From a bacterium (GTDB lineage: Bacteria; Patescibacteriota; Patescibacteriia; HK-STAS-PATE-3): DNA of 64,000 nt. Within the stretch, counting starts at the first letter, position 1. Every line of letters begins with the position of its first letter. Shown one piece after another: positions 31,591-41,180 of this stretch. A program made the translations under genes and the position numbers. The stretch lies in the NCBI GenBank assembly GCA_043800725.1, contig JAZDMR010000009.1:26662-90661 (forward strand), in the 5' to 3' direction. The notes under the pieces are model-generated. The model saw nothing but the letters and a program-made list of their open reading frames with translations. It was not told the DNA's origin and ran no database searches.

Positions 31591-32115
31591 CTATTCTTCT
31601 GGATTTGTAGAAGTACCTAAAATAACAAAAGTATTATCCTCATCTTCATTTATAGTTACTGAAAGCGAGCGATTGCCTTTCTCTGCTCCTATGGAAGCTC
31701 CTCCTTGTATTACCAGAGATAGTGTTATTGTCCAACCATCATTATTCAGCTCTGTTTCAAATTCTTGCTTTAATTGACTTACGCTATCATTAGATTCCAA
31801 TGAAACAGAAAAAGAATCAGCGCCTGTATTGCTAGTTACCGAGGTAATAGTTCCATCAGGAATGTATATATCCGAGGGAAAATCATCAGGCAGTTCTACG
31901 TTTCCACCGCTGGTGGCGGTAAAAGAGCCTTCATTGGTATTAATAGTCACTGTACCCTCATCCAGGTCTACATCTGCCGCGCCGTTAGTTGTTTTTTCAA
32001 TAGCTTTTTCAAGGGTACTTTCTGCTGCTTCTTCGCTTGATCTATTAAATATTATTACTACGCCAATAATTGCCACGATTATTATCCCGCCAATAAGATA
32101 ATTTTTTTTATTCAT
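31591..32115 (-). CDS. hypothetical membrane-anchored exported protein
   Basis: N-terminal TM; LPDDFPSDIYIP motif. Confidence 0.75.
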   Translation of the reverse strand: MNKKNYLIGGIIIVAIIGVVIIFNRSSEEAAESTLEKAIEKTTNGAADVDLDEGTVTINTNEGSFTATSGGNVELPDDFPSDIYIPDGTITSVTSNTGADSFSVSLESNDSVSQLKQEFETELNNDGWTITLSLVIQGGASIGAEKGNRSLSVTINEDEDNTFVILGTSTNPEE

Positions 32116-32137
32116 ACGCTTATTAATTAATTATTTA

Positions 32138-32518
32138 TTACTTTTTTAAAATATTTTCTACTTTCTTAACCAGCTCATCAATAGAAATTTCCGCTTTGAT
32201 TATCACCTCGCTGGCTCCGAATTCCTTGCCTTTTTTCTTGGTTTCTTCACTGCTTAGATTAGTAAGAATAACCACCGGGGTATCTTTTCCTTTTTCAGTT
32301 TCTTTCAGCTTTTTCAATAATGTCATGCCATCCATTTTCGGCATAATTATATCCAGCAGAATAATATCCGGATGCTCCCTTAAAGCAATTTCCAAACCCA
32401 CTTCACCGTCTCTGGCTTGCAGTACGTTATATCCTTCGCTGGTGAATTTATTATTCAATGACGAGAGCAGGGTGGCCTCATCATCAATCAATAATAGTGT
32501 TTTATTATCACTGTTCAT
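32138..32518 (-). CDS. single-domain response regulator (receiver)
   Basis: LIDDE, LLDIIMPKMDG, ILTN and conserved K. Confidence 0.92.
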   Translation of the reverse strand: MNSDNKTLLLIDDEATLLSSLNNKFTSEGYNVLQARDGEVGLEIALREHPDIILLDIIMPKMDGMTLLKKLKETEKGKDTPVVILTNLSSEETKKKGKEFGASEVIIKAEISIDELVKKVENILKK

Positions 32519-32604
32519 TAGTTTAAATCATTTTTTTTCATTGAAAAACTGATTTTATACTACCTTATGGAATAAAAAATAGCTATTAAAATATGCTAGC
32601 CTGC

Positions 32605-35385
32605 TCATGGAAGCTGATTCAATATTCCGCCGAGTTTTTCAATTTCTACGCCATATTGGCTCCAATCCCCTTTGGTTTGCGCTTGTAAAGCACTTTGATA
32701 GGCCGCCTGGGCCTGCTCAATAAGAGAGCTTAATGAACTATCTAGGTCATCGGATTCTGTAACTTCGGTTTCATCTTGTGTTTCGGTTGAAGCGGCTGTT
32801 TGATTGAAAATCTGAGCCAGGGCTTTATCTAGCGTTTCTTCCATGGCTATGCGATTTTCATTAGCCACAATTACTCTTTTTAACTCAGGAATCCGTCCGC
32901 CCTCAGCTCGCAGATAGATCGGCTGAACATAAAGCAATGATGATTCAATCGGTATTACCAATAAATTACCGCGGATTACCTGTGAGCCTCTCTGATCCCA
33001 GAGCGATATTTGCTCTGATATTTTCGGATCTTGATTGATCCGATTGGTAATCTGCTGAGGTCCATATACTAATTTTTGCTTAGGGAACCGATAGACAACT
33101 AATTGGCCGTAATATTCTCCATCATTTCTTGCTACCATCCAGGCTGACAGATTGTCTTTACCCCGAGGAGTAAATGGCAGCATTAGAATATACTCTTCAT
33201 TTTCTTCTTCGGGCAGTTTCATTATTATATGCCTCATAAAAGGATCATCAGTTTCTGCTTCAGGCCGAGTGGGAATTTCCCACTGATCCTCTCGATTATA
33301 AAAGATCTGCTCATCTTCCATATGGTAGGTCGAGTAAACACTGGTCAGATATTGAAACAGTGTCTCTGGGAAGCGGATATGTTTTTTTAAATCTTCGGGC
33401 ATTTGGTCAAAACTCAAAAAATTGCCAGGATAAATTTTGCTGTAAGTTTGAATAATCGGATCTTGAGGGTCGGAAATGTAAAACTCCATTGTTCCGGAAT
33501 AAGCATCAATCACGATTTTTACCGAGTTTCTAATATAATTCAGGCGTCCGGGCAGTACCTGGCTGCTTGATTTACCCAATATGGTGTCTGAGACTTTTTC
33601 TGAATAAGGATATTTATCACTGACTGTGTAGGCATCGTATATCCATTTCAGCTGGCCATTACCATCAATTACCATATAGGGATCTTTATCAAATTTTAAA
33701 AAAGGCACAGCCCTTCTAACTCGCTGTTTAATATCCCGATAATACTGCACTCGCGAACTGCCGGTAATATCATTGGACAGCAATATTTTCATTGATTGAA
33801 ATCGTAGGGCAAACAGCGCCTTTCGAAATAACGACTTAACAGGCACTCCGCCCGTACCCTGATATTCCGTAAAAACATTTTCCTCTCCTGACGGATAATT
33901 AAATTCTTTAGCCTGGCTATTTACCACCACAAATTCATTGGCCAACTCGCCATAATAAATTTCCGGACGGTTTATCGCCAAAGACTCAATAGTGGCCTGC
34001 GGAGGCAGGTCCTGAACAAATAAAACCGGCAATCCCTCGGGAGTAACTTCGTTGACTGGTCCTAGGGTCAAGCCATATCCGTGAGTGAAGGTGAGATGCT
34101 CATTAATAAAATTCCTTTGGGGCAGGCTGGCAGAATTCAGCTCACGAGGCGATAAAAGAACTTGACGATAGTCGCCATCAATAGTATAGCGGTCATTATC
34201 AATGGAGGTAAAATCGTAATAAGTCCGAATTTCCTGGATCTGCCCAAAAGTATCCAACAGCGGCTCACGGTCCCAGAGTCGGACGTTTTGGATAGTCGTG
34301 GGATTGGCTTCGATATCAGCCTGCGTAAGAGTTGTTTCACCAGTTAACTCTCTTTTTTCTACATTATCTAATCCAAAAGCTGCTTGTGTTGCCAGGATGT
34401 TCCTTTGGATATACGGCGTTTCTTTTACTAATTCGTTTGGCAGAACTATAAACCGCTGTAATAAATCCGGCACTGCCCATCCGCCAATAGCTACTACGAG
34501 AAAATAGATGCCTAACATCCCCCAAAACCACCTGGTTACTGGCTTAATAACATTTACTAGCAGTATCAAAACCAAGAGCAAGGCAATTATTGATCCAACC
34601 TGCAAGATGGGCAGTCTGGCAGTAATATCACTATAGCTAGCGCCGGTGAACGGCCCGGTATTGCTAAAAACCAGAGAGGGAATGTCCAGATAGTATAACC
34701 TCACCGCAATAATTACGAAAAATACCGCAGCTATTATGGAAATATGCTGGCGTACCGAGCTGGCAATGCTCTTCCAGCCGCCCTTTATTACCCCGGTGGC
34801 ATTTTTTGTAAATTCAATTCCTCCATTTACCAAATACATCACTAACACGCTGATTATTGAAACGACCATCAAGCCTACCGCCAGTCCTGATATCATTTCT
34901 AGAAATGGTAACGAAAAAAAATAAAAGCCAATATCTTTACCTAGCATCGGATCTGTTTGGTTAAACGGCGTTCTATTTATAAAAGTCAGAACATTTTCCC
35001 ACTGAGCTGAAGCCGTTAATCCAAAAATTATTCCTGTTAGCCAAGCAAACGCCAAAGCGACTTTTTTAACAATCGGACTTAGTTTGACTGTGCGAACATT
35101 TATCGTGCCTCTGGCACGCTCTTTCCAGGTAAAAGTTTTTTCTGGCAGCTGGGTCACCGCCCTATTTACAATTTTAAAGTTTACCCACAACCACAGCAAG
35201 ACAAAAAGCCCTACTCCTAAGCCCAAATACACCTGTGTGAGCAGCGTCTTGGTAAATAAATTGGTATGATTAATTTCCTGAAACCAATACCAGTCCGTAA
35301 TCAGCTTGGTTGAGTTTAATACCAATACTACTAAGACAATTAGCGAGATTATCAAGGTAAGTGCTGCCTTTTGACCTTTTTTCAT
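32605..35385 (-). CDS. UPF0182 family membrane protein
   Basis: DWYWF, NVRLWD, HLTFTHGYG, NYIRNSVK, GNLLVIP. Confidence 0.92.
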   Translation of the reverse strand: MKKGQKAALTLIISLIVLVVLVLNSTKLITDWYWFQEINHTNLFTKTLLTQVYLGLGVGLFVLLWLWVNFKIVNRAVTQLPEKTFTWKERARGTINVRTVKLSPIVKKVALAFAWLTGIIFGLTASAQWENVLTFINRTPFNQTDPMLGKDIGFYFFSLPFLEMISGLAVGLMVVSIISVLVMYLVNGGIEFTKNATGVIKGGWKSIASSVRQHISIIAAVFFVIIAVRLYYLDIPSLVFSNTGPFTGASYSDITARLPILQVGSIIALLLVLILLVNVIKPVTRWFWGMLGIYFLVVAIGGWAVPDLLQRFIVLPNELVKETPYIQRNILATQAAFGLDNVEKRELTGETTLTQADIEANPTTIQNVRLWDREPLLDTFGQIQEIRTYYDFTSIDNDRYTIDGDYRQVLLSPRELNSASLPQRNFINEHLTFTHGYGLTLGPVNEVTPEGLPVLFVQDLPPQATIESLAINRPEIYYGELANEFVVVNSQAKEFNYPSGEENVFTEYQGTGGVPVKSLFRKALFALRFQSMKILLSNDITGSSRVQYYRDIKQRVRRAVPFLKFDKDPYMVIDGNGQLKWIYDAYTVSDKYPYSEKVSDTILGKSSSQVLPGRLNYIRNSVKIVIDAYSGTMEFYISDPQDPIIQTYSKIYPGNFLSFDQMPEDLKKHIRFPETLFQYLTSVYSTYHMEDEQIFYNREDQWEIPTRPEAETDDPFMRHIIMKLPEEENEEYILMLPFTPRGKDNLSAWMVARNDGEYYGQLVVYRFPKQKLVYGPQQITNRINQDPKISEQISLWDQRGSQVIRGNLLVIPIESSLLYVQPIYLRAEGGRIPELKRVIVANENRIAMEETLDKALAQIFNQTAASTETQDETEVTESDDLDSSLSSLIEQAQAAYQSALQAQTKGDWSQYGVEIEKLGGILNQLP

Positions 35386-35406
35386 ATTAAATCCTTTTAA
35401 TAATTT

Positions 35407-36129
35407 TTATAATATTGAATAATCATCGCTATCCTTAATCATTTCCACTGTTTCGGGCAGAGTGCCTTTGAAATAAACATAACCATCGTGGTATTGCAGC
35501 TGTTCAATGGAAAAGCTTCCAATTTCTTCAATCCGGGAAGCAATAAATTCTTCGGCAGATTTTTCTATTTCGTCATAGTATTGTTCTGGTACGGAAAAAA
35601 CTCCAACCTTTGCTTTTTGCAAATCAATATCAATCGTTTTTTCCGAGGTTCTGGTTACGCCAATTTTTACATAGACAGGCGCTTTGATAAACTTTTTAAT
35701 AAAAGCAGACAGTTCCATGCCTCCCTCAGTGAATTTAACCTGGAGGTCAGAAATAAACGGGGCATCCTGGGTATAGAGCTCGATAAATGAAGTGACTTCT
35801 TCCGAGCTATGCTGGTCATCAATATTAACTTGTCCGGTAAATATTTTCTTGCCCAATCCGTAATACTCAGTCGGACTGCCTTTTAGCTCCATAGGATTAT
35901 CAGCCAAAGCGCTGGCCAAAGCTTCTGGGCTTGTTTTAATGCCTAAGTCTTTCGGCTTTCTGGCGCCAAACACATCAGACACCAAAGGAATATAATAAAT
36001 ACCTGAAATTCCCACTGCTAAGATAGGCAATATAATAATTATTCCCAAAGTAATCCAGGGCCATTTCCGACGCTTTTTTTTATCTGGCTGAGGATTGATT
36101 GGTTCTGGATTAGTTATTTCTTCTGTCAT
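35407..36129 (-). CDS. hypothetical membrane-anchored protein
   Basis: Basic stretch, TM helix and soluble domain. Confidence 0.7.
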   Translation of the reverse strand: MTEEITNPEPINPQPDKKKRRKWPWITLGIIIILPILAVGISGIYYIPLVSDVFGARKPKDLGIKTSPEALASALADNPMELKGSPTEYYGLGKKIFTGQVNIDDQHSSEEVTSFIELYTQDAPFISDLQVKFTEGGMELSAFIKKFIKAPVYVKIGVTRTSEKTIDIDLQKAKVGVFSVPEQYYDEIEKSAEEFIASRIEEIGSFSIEQLQYHDGYVYFKGTLPETVEMIKDSDDYSIL

Positions 36130-36143
36130 AATTATTTTTAAAT

Positions 36144-36538
36144 TTAAATTAAACTGCTTTTATTAAATACTTTAACCATGATGGTAGAATTTAAGTCTTG
36201 GCCATTTGTGGCTGTCGTTCCAAAAGGAATATCGCAGGGAATAATCAGCGCTGAATTCTCATTGTCCCAGTTAATCAGTTTAGCATACTTTCCCCTTGGA
36301 TCTCCTTTTAAATTATACCCTAATAAACTATCCACAATAGCTGAGTATTTACATTTTTTAGGCCAGCTAACGATATTGCCACCTGATATTTTTGCTAACC
36401 TTAGATGATTTTGGCCGTGTATATTTTAAAAAACTTTAAGGGTTCTGCCAAAACTATGTCTGTTTTATGTCCCCGGTTTTGGAAATGTCTGGCCGCGGCA
36501 ATGCCATCAGCTCCATTATTGCCTTTGCCTGATTTCAT
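36144..36538 (-). pseudogene. nnrE: degraded NAD(P)H-hydrate epimerase (YjeF N-terminal domain)
   Basis: GKGNNGADGIAAARH in one frame; VDSLLGYNLKGDPR...CDIP.G in another (frameshift near 36430); truncated at both ends. Confidence 0.75.
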
Positions 36539-36757
36539 GCTTAAAACAGCTCTAGATATTTTTTATACTGGTCAATGAAAACGCTATTTTATACGAGCTA
36601 TTTGCTATTTTGTCTGTTTAAATTGTTTTTTATTGTTTATTGAAAATACCTTTTTTAAATCTTTTTCACCTGGATCTGTTGATAATAAGATTCAGCTTAT
36701 GATTATTCTATTCTTCGGTATCCCTTATTGTTACCGATTGTTTTTGTTTGCTAATTA

Positions 36758-36867
36758 CGCTAACGTCTGATGCCTAGCCCAATATATAAGAAAATTAATT
36801 TATAATTCATTTTCAGCTAATATTTCGCAATATGCAATGTTTCAATGCTTAATATCGCGTGTTGGGT
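36758..36867 (-). repeat. attC-like site 4
   Basis: Minus strand ACCCAAC (R'') about 30 nt after the phosphoesterase stop, ending in GTTAGCG (R'); weak internal palindrome. Confidence 0.5.
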
Positions 36868-36895
36868 GTAATAAAATATATATTAAGGGTAAATA

Positions 36896-37408
36896 TTACA
36901 AATTTATTATTTCTGCCTCATTATTGTTTGTTTCATATATTGCTATGGTATATTCATTAATTAATTCAGACTCTCGTGTGCCTGAAATTGTTCCTGGATT
37001 AATATGTAAAACTCCATTAATATTTTCGACGACAGGCTTATGAGTATGGCCAGACAATACAATATCATATTTCTGTGCATTAAAAAGGTCGGCCAATAAT
37101 TTTTTATCGTGGCCGTGATAAACAGCAATTCTTTTTCCACCCAAAACCAGTTTTTTAATTCCCTCGTTGAATTCTATATTCCAATTATTCTTTGCTAAAC
37201 GTTGTTTGAAACGCGTTTTATCCCCCTCATTATTACCGTATACAGAAATTATTTTACAATTTAAATCTTTACAAAAATCAGGCAAAAACGGCGAAACCCA
37301 ATCACCACAATGTACTACCAAATCAACTGATTTATTGTTAAATATCTTTATTGCCTCCAGTATTTTTTTGGCATTATCATGTGTATCTGAAATAACTCCA
37401 ATTTTCAT
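36896..37408 (-). CDS. YfcE-like metallophosphoesterase (cassette gene)
   Basis: SDTH, HCGD, GNNE, HG, SGHTH, NPG motifs. Confidence 0.92.
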   Translation of the reverse strand: MKIGVISDTHDNAKKILEAIKIFNNKSVDLVVHCGDWVSPFLPDFCKDLNCKIISVYGNNEGDKTRFKQRLAKNNWNIEFNEGIKKLVLGGKRIAVYHGHDKKLLADLFNAQKYDIVLSGHTHKPVVENINGVLHINPGTISGTRESELINEYTIAIYETNNNEAEIINL

Positions 37409-37433
37409 ATGTTTAAATTTATTTTCATATTTC

Positions 37434-37486
37434 GCCTAACGTTTCGGCGTATGCGATGTGACAATATCGTATACATGCTGTTTCGG
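37434..37486 (-). repeat. attC-like site 3
   Basis: Plus strand GCCTAAC-GTTTCGGCGTATGCGAT...ATCGTATAC...GTTTCGG; imperfect hairpin. Confidence 0.65.
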
Positions 37487-37578
37487 ATGGAGTACTCTGT
37501 ATTTAAAATTTAAAAAACATTCTTAAGGGGTGAGGGAAGATATGGTTCTTCCCCCAAATTGGATTTCTATGGTTCCTC

Positions 37579-37794
37579 CTAGGGACGAAAGATCTGTCGA
37601 GTATCATGGATTAGTATTTGTCCACTATTCGTGTTGACACAAATACCGATGAACCCGACGACGACCGCGACTAATCCAATGAACGTGATAGAATCACCTT
37701 TGAAGTACAGTATTCCTATCACTGTTATCAGGAGACTCACTACCTCAAACATGGCCCAGTACTTTCGCTTTGGGTAGTTAAGACTGATGCTCAT
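37579..37794 (-). CDS. small 2-TM hypothetical protein (cassette gene)
   Basis: 71 aa, SD AAGGAGG, own promoter. Confidence 0.7.
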   Translation of the reverse strand: MSISLNYPKRKYWAMFEVVSLLITVIGILYFKGDSITFIGLVAVVVGFIGICVNTNSGQILIHDTRQIFRP

Positions 37795-37857
37795 TCGTAC
37801 ATCCTCCTTCCTTTACCATCACCCCCTAAGAATGTTTTGACAAAGAACCAGAAAATG

Positions 37858-37886
37858 ATAATAGTGCTTCTAAACTATTTTGTCAA
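37858..37886 (-). promoter_or_regulatory. sigma70-type promoter
   Basis: TTGACA-N17-TATTAT. Confidence 0.75.
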
Positions 37887-37901
37887 GATGAGCGCTCTGT
37901 C

Positions 37902-37957
37902 CGATAATGTTTCGGCGTGTGTGACGTACTCGATATGACATAAACTCCCTGTTATGT
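37902..37957 (-). repeat. attC-like site 2
   Basis: Minus strand ACATAAC ... GCCGAAAC-ATTATCG; shares the TAAYGTTTCGGCG core with sites 1 and 3. Confidence 0.65.
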
Positions 37958-37969
37958 GATGTTCGGCTT

Positions 37970-38131
37970 TTATGCTTTTTTAGATAAACTAACAATAATA
38001 AATCCGATTCCAGACAAAATAGAAGCAATGTCATATGTTAAAATTGTTGCATCATCAATAATATTTAGCAATCCATTTAATAATAATAGAATACCAATAA
38101 TTATTAATGTAATTTTTTTTGCTTTGTTCAT
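37970..38131 (-). CDS. small 2-TM protein (53 aa, cassette gene, absent from ORF track)
   Basis: MNKAKKITLIIIGILLLLNGLLNIIDDATILTYDIASILSGIGFIIVSLSKKA* lies between attC-like sites. Confidence 0.7.
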   Translation of the reverse strand: MNKAKKITLIIIGILLLLNGLLNIIDDATILTYDIASILSGIGFIIVSLSKKA

Positions 38132-38177
38132 AATATTATTTTAAATTATATTTTTAAAGTAAAAAAAGCCGAATTTC

Positions 38178-38220
38178 ATATAACGTTTCGGCGCATATCT
38201 GATGTCCTGCGTAGTTACAC
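38178..38220 (-). repeat. attC-like site 1 (truncated)
   Basis: Plus strand ATATAAC-GTTTCGGCGCATA..., just past the rnhA stop. Confidence 0.55.
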
Positions 38221-38227
38221 ATAATAT

Positions 38228-38635
38228 TTATTTCAAAGCTTGGTCAATCGCTTGATTAACCAAAGTATCAGCCAGCTTGTTTTCTTCCCGGTAAAAATGC
38301 TTGAACTCGACTTTTTCAAATTGCTGAACCAGATTCCAAACTTTTAAAAACAATTTTCCCAGTTCGGGATTTTTTACCTTATAGTTTTGATTTAGTTGCT
38401 CGACAACCAGCTGGCTGTCCAGATAGCATTCAAGCTGCTTGGCACCAAGTTTTTTCGCCTCTGTCAAAGCTTCGATAATAGCAGTGTATTCAGCAAAATT
38501 ATTGGTCCCTTCGCCAATATACTTGCCGATTTTTTTTATCACCTTGCCGTCCTGCTCAAAAACGATCCCTATGCCGGCCGGGCCCGGATTGCCTCTGGCT
38601 CCTCCATCGGTTTTAATCACCAGTTTATTGCTCAT
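38228..38635 (-). CDS. rnhA: ribonuclease HI family protein
   Basis: TDGGARGNPGPAG, TNNFAEY, DSQLVV.Q, REENKLAD. Confidence 0.93.
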   Translation of the reverse strand: MSNKLVIKTDGGARGNPGPAGIGIVFEQDGKVIKKIGKYIGEGTNNFAEYTAIIEALTEAKKLGAKQLECYLDSQLVVEQLNQNYKVKNPELGKLFLKVWNLVQQFEKVEFKHFYREENKLADTLVNQAIDQALK

Positions 38636-40388
38636 AATGCAGATCCAATATTTTTAATTGTAAACGTTTTTCGCCATTCCATTGATCAGCGCTTAATTCA
38701 AAAGCCAGAGATATTGTTCGTCCAATGGGCAACTTGGGTAATTGATCGCCCAGTGAAAATCCAATAGTTTTTTTGGTTTCACCTGCGGGTGATTTTATAG
38801 TTAAGCTAAGATGACGATCATCTCGGCCAACATTTTTCGCTTCTACTACTTCCACGTTTTTTAATGCAAAAACCGGCCGCTGGGCTTTTTGGCCGAAAGG
38901 CGACAGCTTATCCACTTTTTCTAATAATCGCCAATTGACCTGATCCATATCAACTGTTTCATCAATGATTAACTCCGGAGCTAAGTTTTTCCCGTGTAAT
39001 TGCTGCTTGGCAATTTTTTCCAGCTCTTTTATAAATGCTTCTTTGTCATTATTATTTTTCAGAGTGAACCCGCAAGCCTGAGGATGGCCGCCTAATTTAC
39101 TAAAGTAATGACTAAGCTTTTGCAAAGCTTCAATCATGTTAAAAACGGGAATCGATCTGCCTGATCCGGTAACTTCGCTGTTTAACTCCCCCATTATTAT
39201 GGCTGGCCGTCCGTACTTTTGCACAAGGCGTCCGGCAGCGAGCCCCAAAACTCCGACTATCCACGATGAATCATGGGCTGATATTATATACCTGCTCTCA
39301 GCTGATCCGATCTGTTCTATGGCTTCTTTTACAACATTTTCCGTAGTAGACTGCCTCTGAAGATTCGTCCTTTGCAGGTCCTGCGCAATTGCCTGGGCTT
39401 CTTTTTGGTCGTCAGTTACCAGAAGCCGAAAGGCTGAATTCGCATGCTCTAAGCGGCCGGCGGAATTCAGGCGAGGAGCTATTTGAAAACCGATTGCCTC
39501 ACTGTCCAAGTCTTTCGGATCACAGTTCATTATCTTGAATAATTCCAGCAAGCCCGGGCGCTTGGTCTTTCGCAGCACCTGTAGTCCATAGCTTGTCAGG
39601 GTCCGATTTTCTCCCAGCATGGGCATCATGTCCGCCACTGTGGCAATGGCCACTAAATCCAGAAGCCATTTTTCCCAGCCTTCGGGCAGCTGCTTATTAA
39701 ACTTTTTTCCATATGATGTTTCCTTAAGTAGGGCGTAAGCGAGCTTAAAAGCCACAGCTGTTCCGGCTAGCTCCGAAAACGGATATTTTTCTCGAGAAGC
39801 AAGCTTGGGATTAAGGATTGCATGGGCTTTGGGCAATTTATCAGGCTCACTGTGATGATCAGTAATAATCACATCTATGCCTAATTCATTGGCTCGATCT
39901 ACTTCTTCATAATTAGTAACTCCACAATCATTGGTAATCAGCAGCTTATATCCTTCTTCGTTTAATGATTCGACGGCTTTCTTATTAAGACCATACCCTT
40001 CTGTTTGCCGATAGGGCAAATAAATCCCCGGTTCAGCTCCCAGTTCCCGCAAAGTGACCCAAAGCAGGGCCGCGCCGCATACTCCGTCAGCGTCATAATC
40101 TCCATAAACCACGATTTTCTCATTTTTTTCCAGGGCCTTAATAATTCTGTTTACCGCCTTCCTCATATCCACAAACAAAAACGGATCATGGGTGTCTGCC
40201 CCGTAATCCGGATTTGAAAACTCGTCTATCTTTTCCTGTGTGTCCAGCCCTCTATTGTAAAGTAGCTGTAAAAAAGTTTTTTCAAGCTCAGGAAAGGACT
40301 CAGCAATATTTTCAGGGACAGGTTTAGAAAAAACCCACTTTCGTCGTGAGCCGTATTGGCTGCTTTGCTTATTGTTTTCTTCAGTCAC
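38625..40388 (-). CDS. recJ: ssDNA exonuclease RecJ
   Basis: GDYDADG, EGYGL, TDHH, APRLNSAGR, GSGRS, GGH. Confidence 0.96.
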   Translation of the reverse strand: MTEENNKQSSQYGSRRKWVFSKPVPENIAESFPELEKTFLQLLYNRGLDTQEKIDEFSNPDYGADTHDPFLFVDMRKAVNRIIKALEKNEKIVVYGDYDADGVCGAALLWVTLRELGAEPGIYLPYRQTEGYGLNKKAVESLNEEGYKLLITNDCGVTNYEEVDRANELGIDVIITDHHSEPDKLPKAHAILNPKLASREKYPFSELAGTAVAFKLAYALLKETSYGKKFNKQLPEGWEKWLLDLVAIATVADMMPMLGENRTLTSYGLQVLRKTKRPGLLELFKIMNCDPKDLDSEAIGFQIAPRLNSAGRLEHANSAFRLLVTDDQKEAQAIAQDLQRTNLQRQSTTENVVKEAIEQIGSAESRYIISAHDSSWIVGVLGLAAGRLVQKYGRPAIIMGELNSEVTGSGRSIPVFNMIEALQKLSHYFSKLGGHPQACGFTLKNNNDKEAFIKELEKIAKQQLHGKNLAPELIIDETVDMDQVNWRLLEKVDKLSPFGQKAQRPVFALKNVEVVEAKNVGRDDRHLSLTIKSPAGETKKTIGFSLGDQLPKLPIGRTISLAFELSADQWNGEKRLQLKILDLHYEQ

Positions 40389-40515
40389 TTATTATTGGTT
40401 TAATTGGTTGATTATAGGTCAAATTAACCGTTTTGGCAATGATAATTTGACAATTTTGTAAATTCTGTTTGGCTGAAAGCAAAGACCAATATTTGAACCG
40501 ATAAATAAAGAGGGT

Positions 40516-41139
40516 GTGATGAAAATATGGTCTATGCTCATTTGCATTATTCTACTCTCTGGCATAGCAATCAGCTGCGCCAAAGACCCACCTACTGCCC
40601 AGGAAAAGTACCTGCCCTTTCATGAACGCCTGGCTACTTCCCAGGATTTCAAAGACTTTGGAATAGCTGGTCATCAGCCAGACCTGACAGATATTGAATT
40701 CGTAGTGGCTGGTGATCGTGCAATAGCTAAGCTGGCTATTCCCGACTATGGCTTTGCGGTTTTCGCATTTGAAGGAGACACCTTGTCCGCTACTGAATTT
40801 CACGGCTTTGGTATAAAAACCATGCCTGAGGACAACGAAACCGTGGCTCTATACGTTGAGTCACCTGACCAGGCGCATTCTCTCAGACTGGCCTATCTGC
40901 CCGATATTGGTTTGGCTGAATCGCGAATCATCAGTCCAGACAACATGCAGGCTTATGGGTTTGACTGGAATCAGTTCTTCCAATGTGTGGAGTTGCGAGC
41001 TGATAGTTTTCCAGGCTGGGTCGATGCCACTTGCGGCATCTCGCTGTTCTTATGCGTATTTGGTAATCCTCTGGGATGCCTTGCCACCGCAGGTTGCGCA
41101 GTAGCCTATATCGCACCTTGTTTTTTGGAACAGTGGTGA
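40516..41139 (+). CDS. putative lipoprotein with 6-Cys hydrophobic C-terminal domain (bacteriocin-precursor-like)
   Basis: Lipobox-like IAISC; C-terminal ~58 aa with 6 Cys; own terminator. Confidence 0.7.
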   Translation: MMKIWSMLICIILLSGIAISCAKDPPTAQEKYLPFHERLATSQDFKDFGIAGHQPDLTDIEFVVAGDRAIAKLAIPDYGFAVFAFEGDTLSATEFHGFGIKTMPEDNETVALYVESPDQAHSLRLAYLPDIGLAESRIISPDNMQAYGFDWNQFFQCVELRADSFPGWVDATCGISLFLCVFGNPLGCLATAGCAVAYIAPCFLEQW

Positions 41140-41150
41140 GTTGTTCAATT

Positions 41151-41180
41151 AAAGCCCTTGGTTCACGCTAAGGGCTTTTT
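41151..41180 (+). terminator. intrinsic terminator
   Basis: AAAGCCCTT...AAGGGCTTTTT. Confidence 0.75.

Noticed and set aside
37956-38144. Plus-strand 62-aa ORF (also 54105-54359)
   Set aside because: Antisense shadows of better-supported minus-strand TM ORFs.
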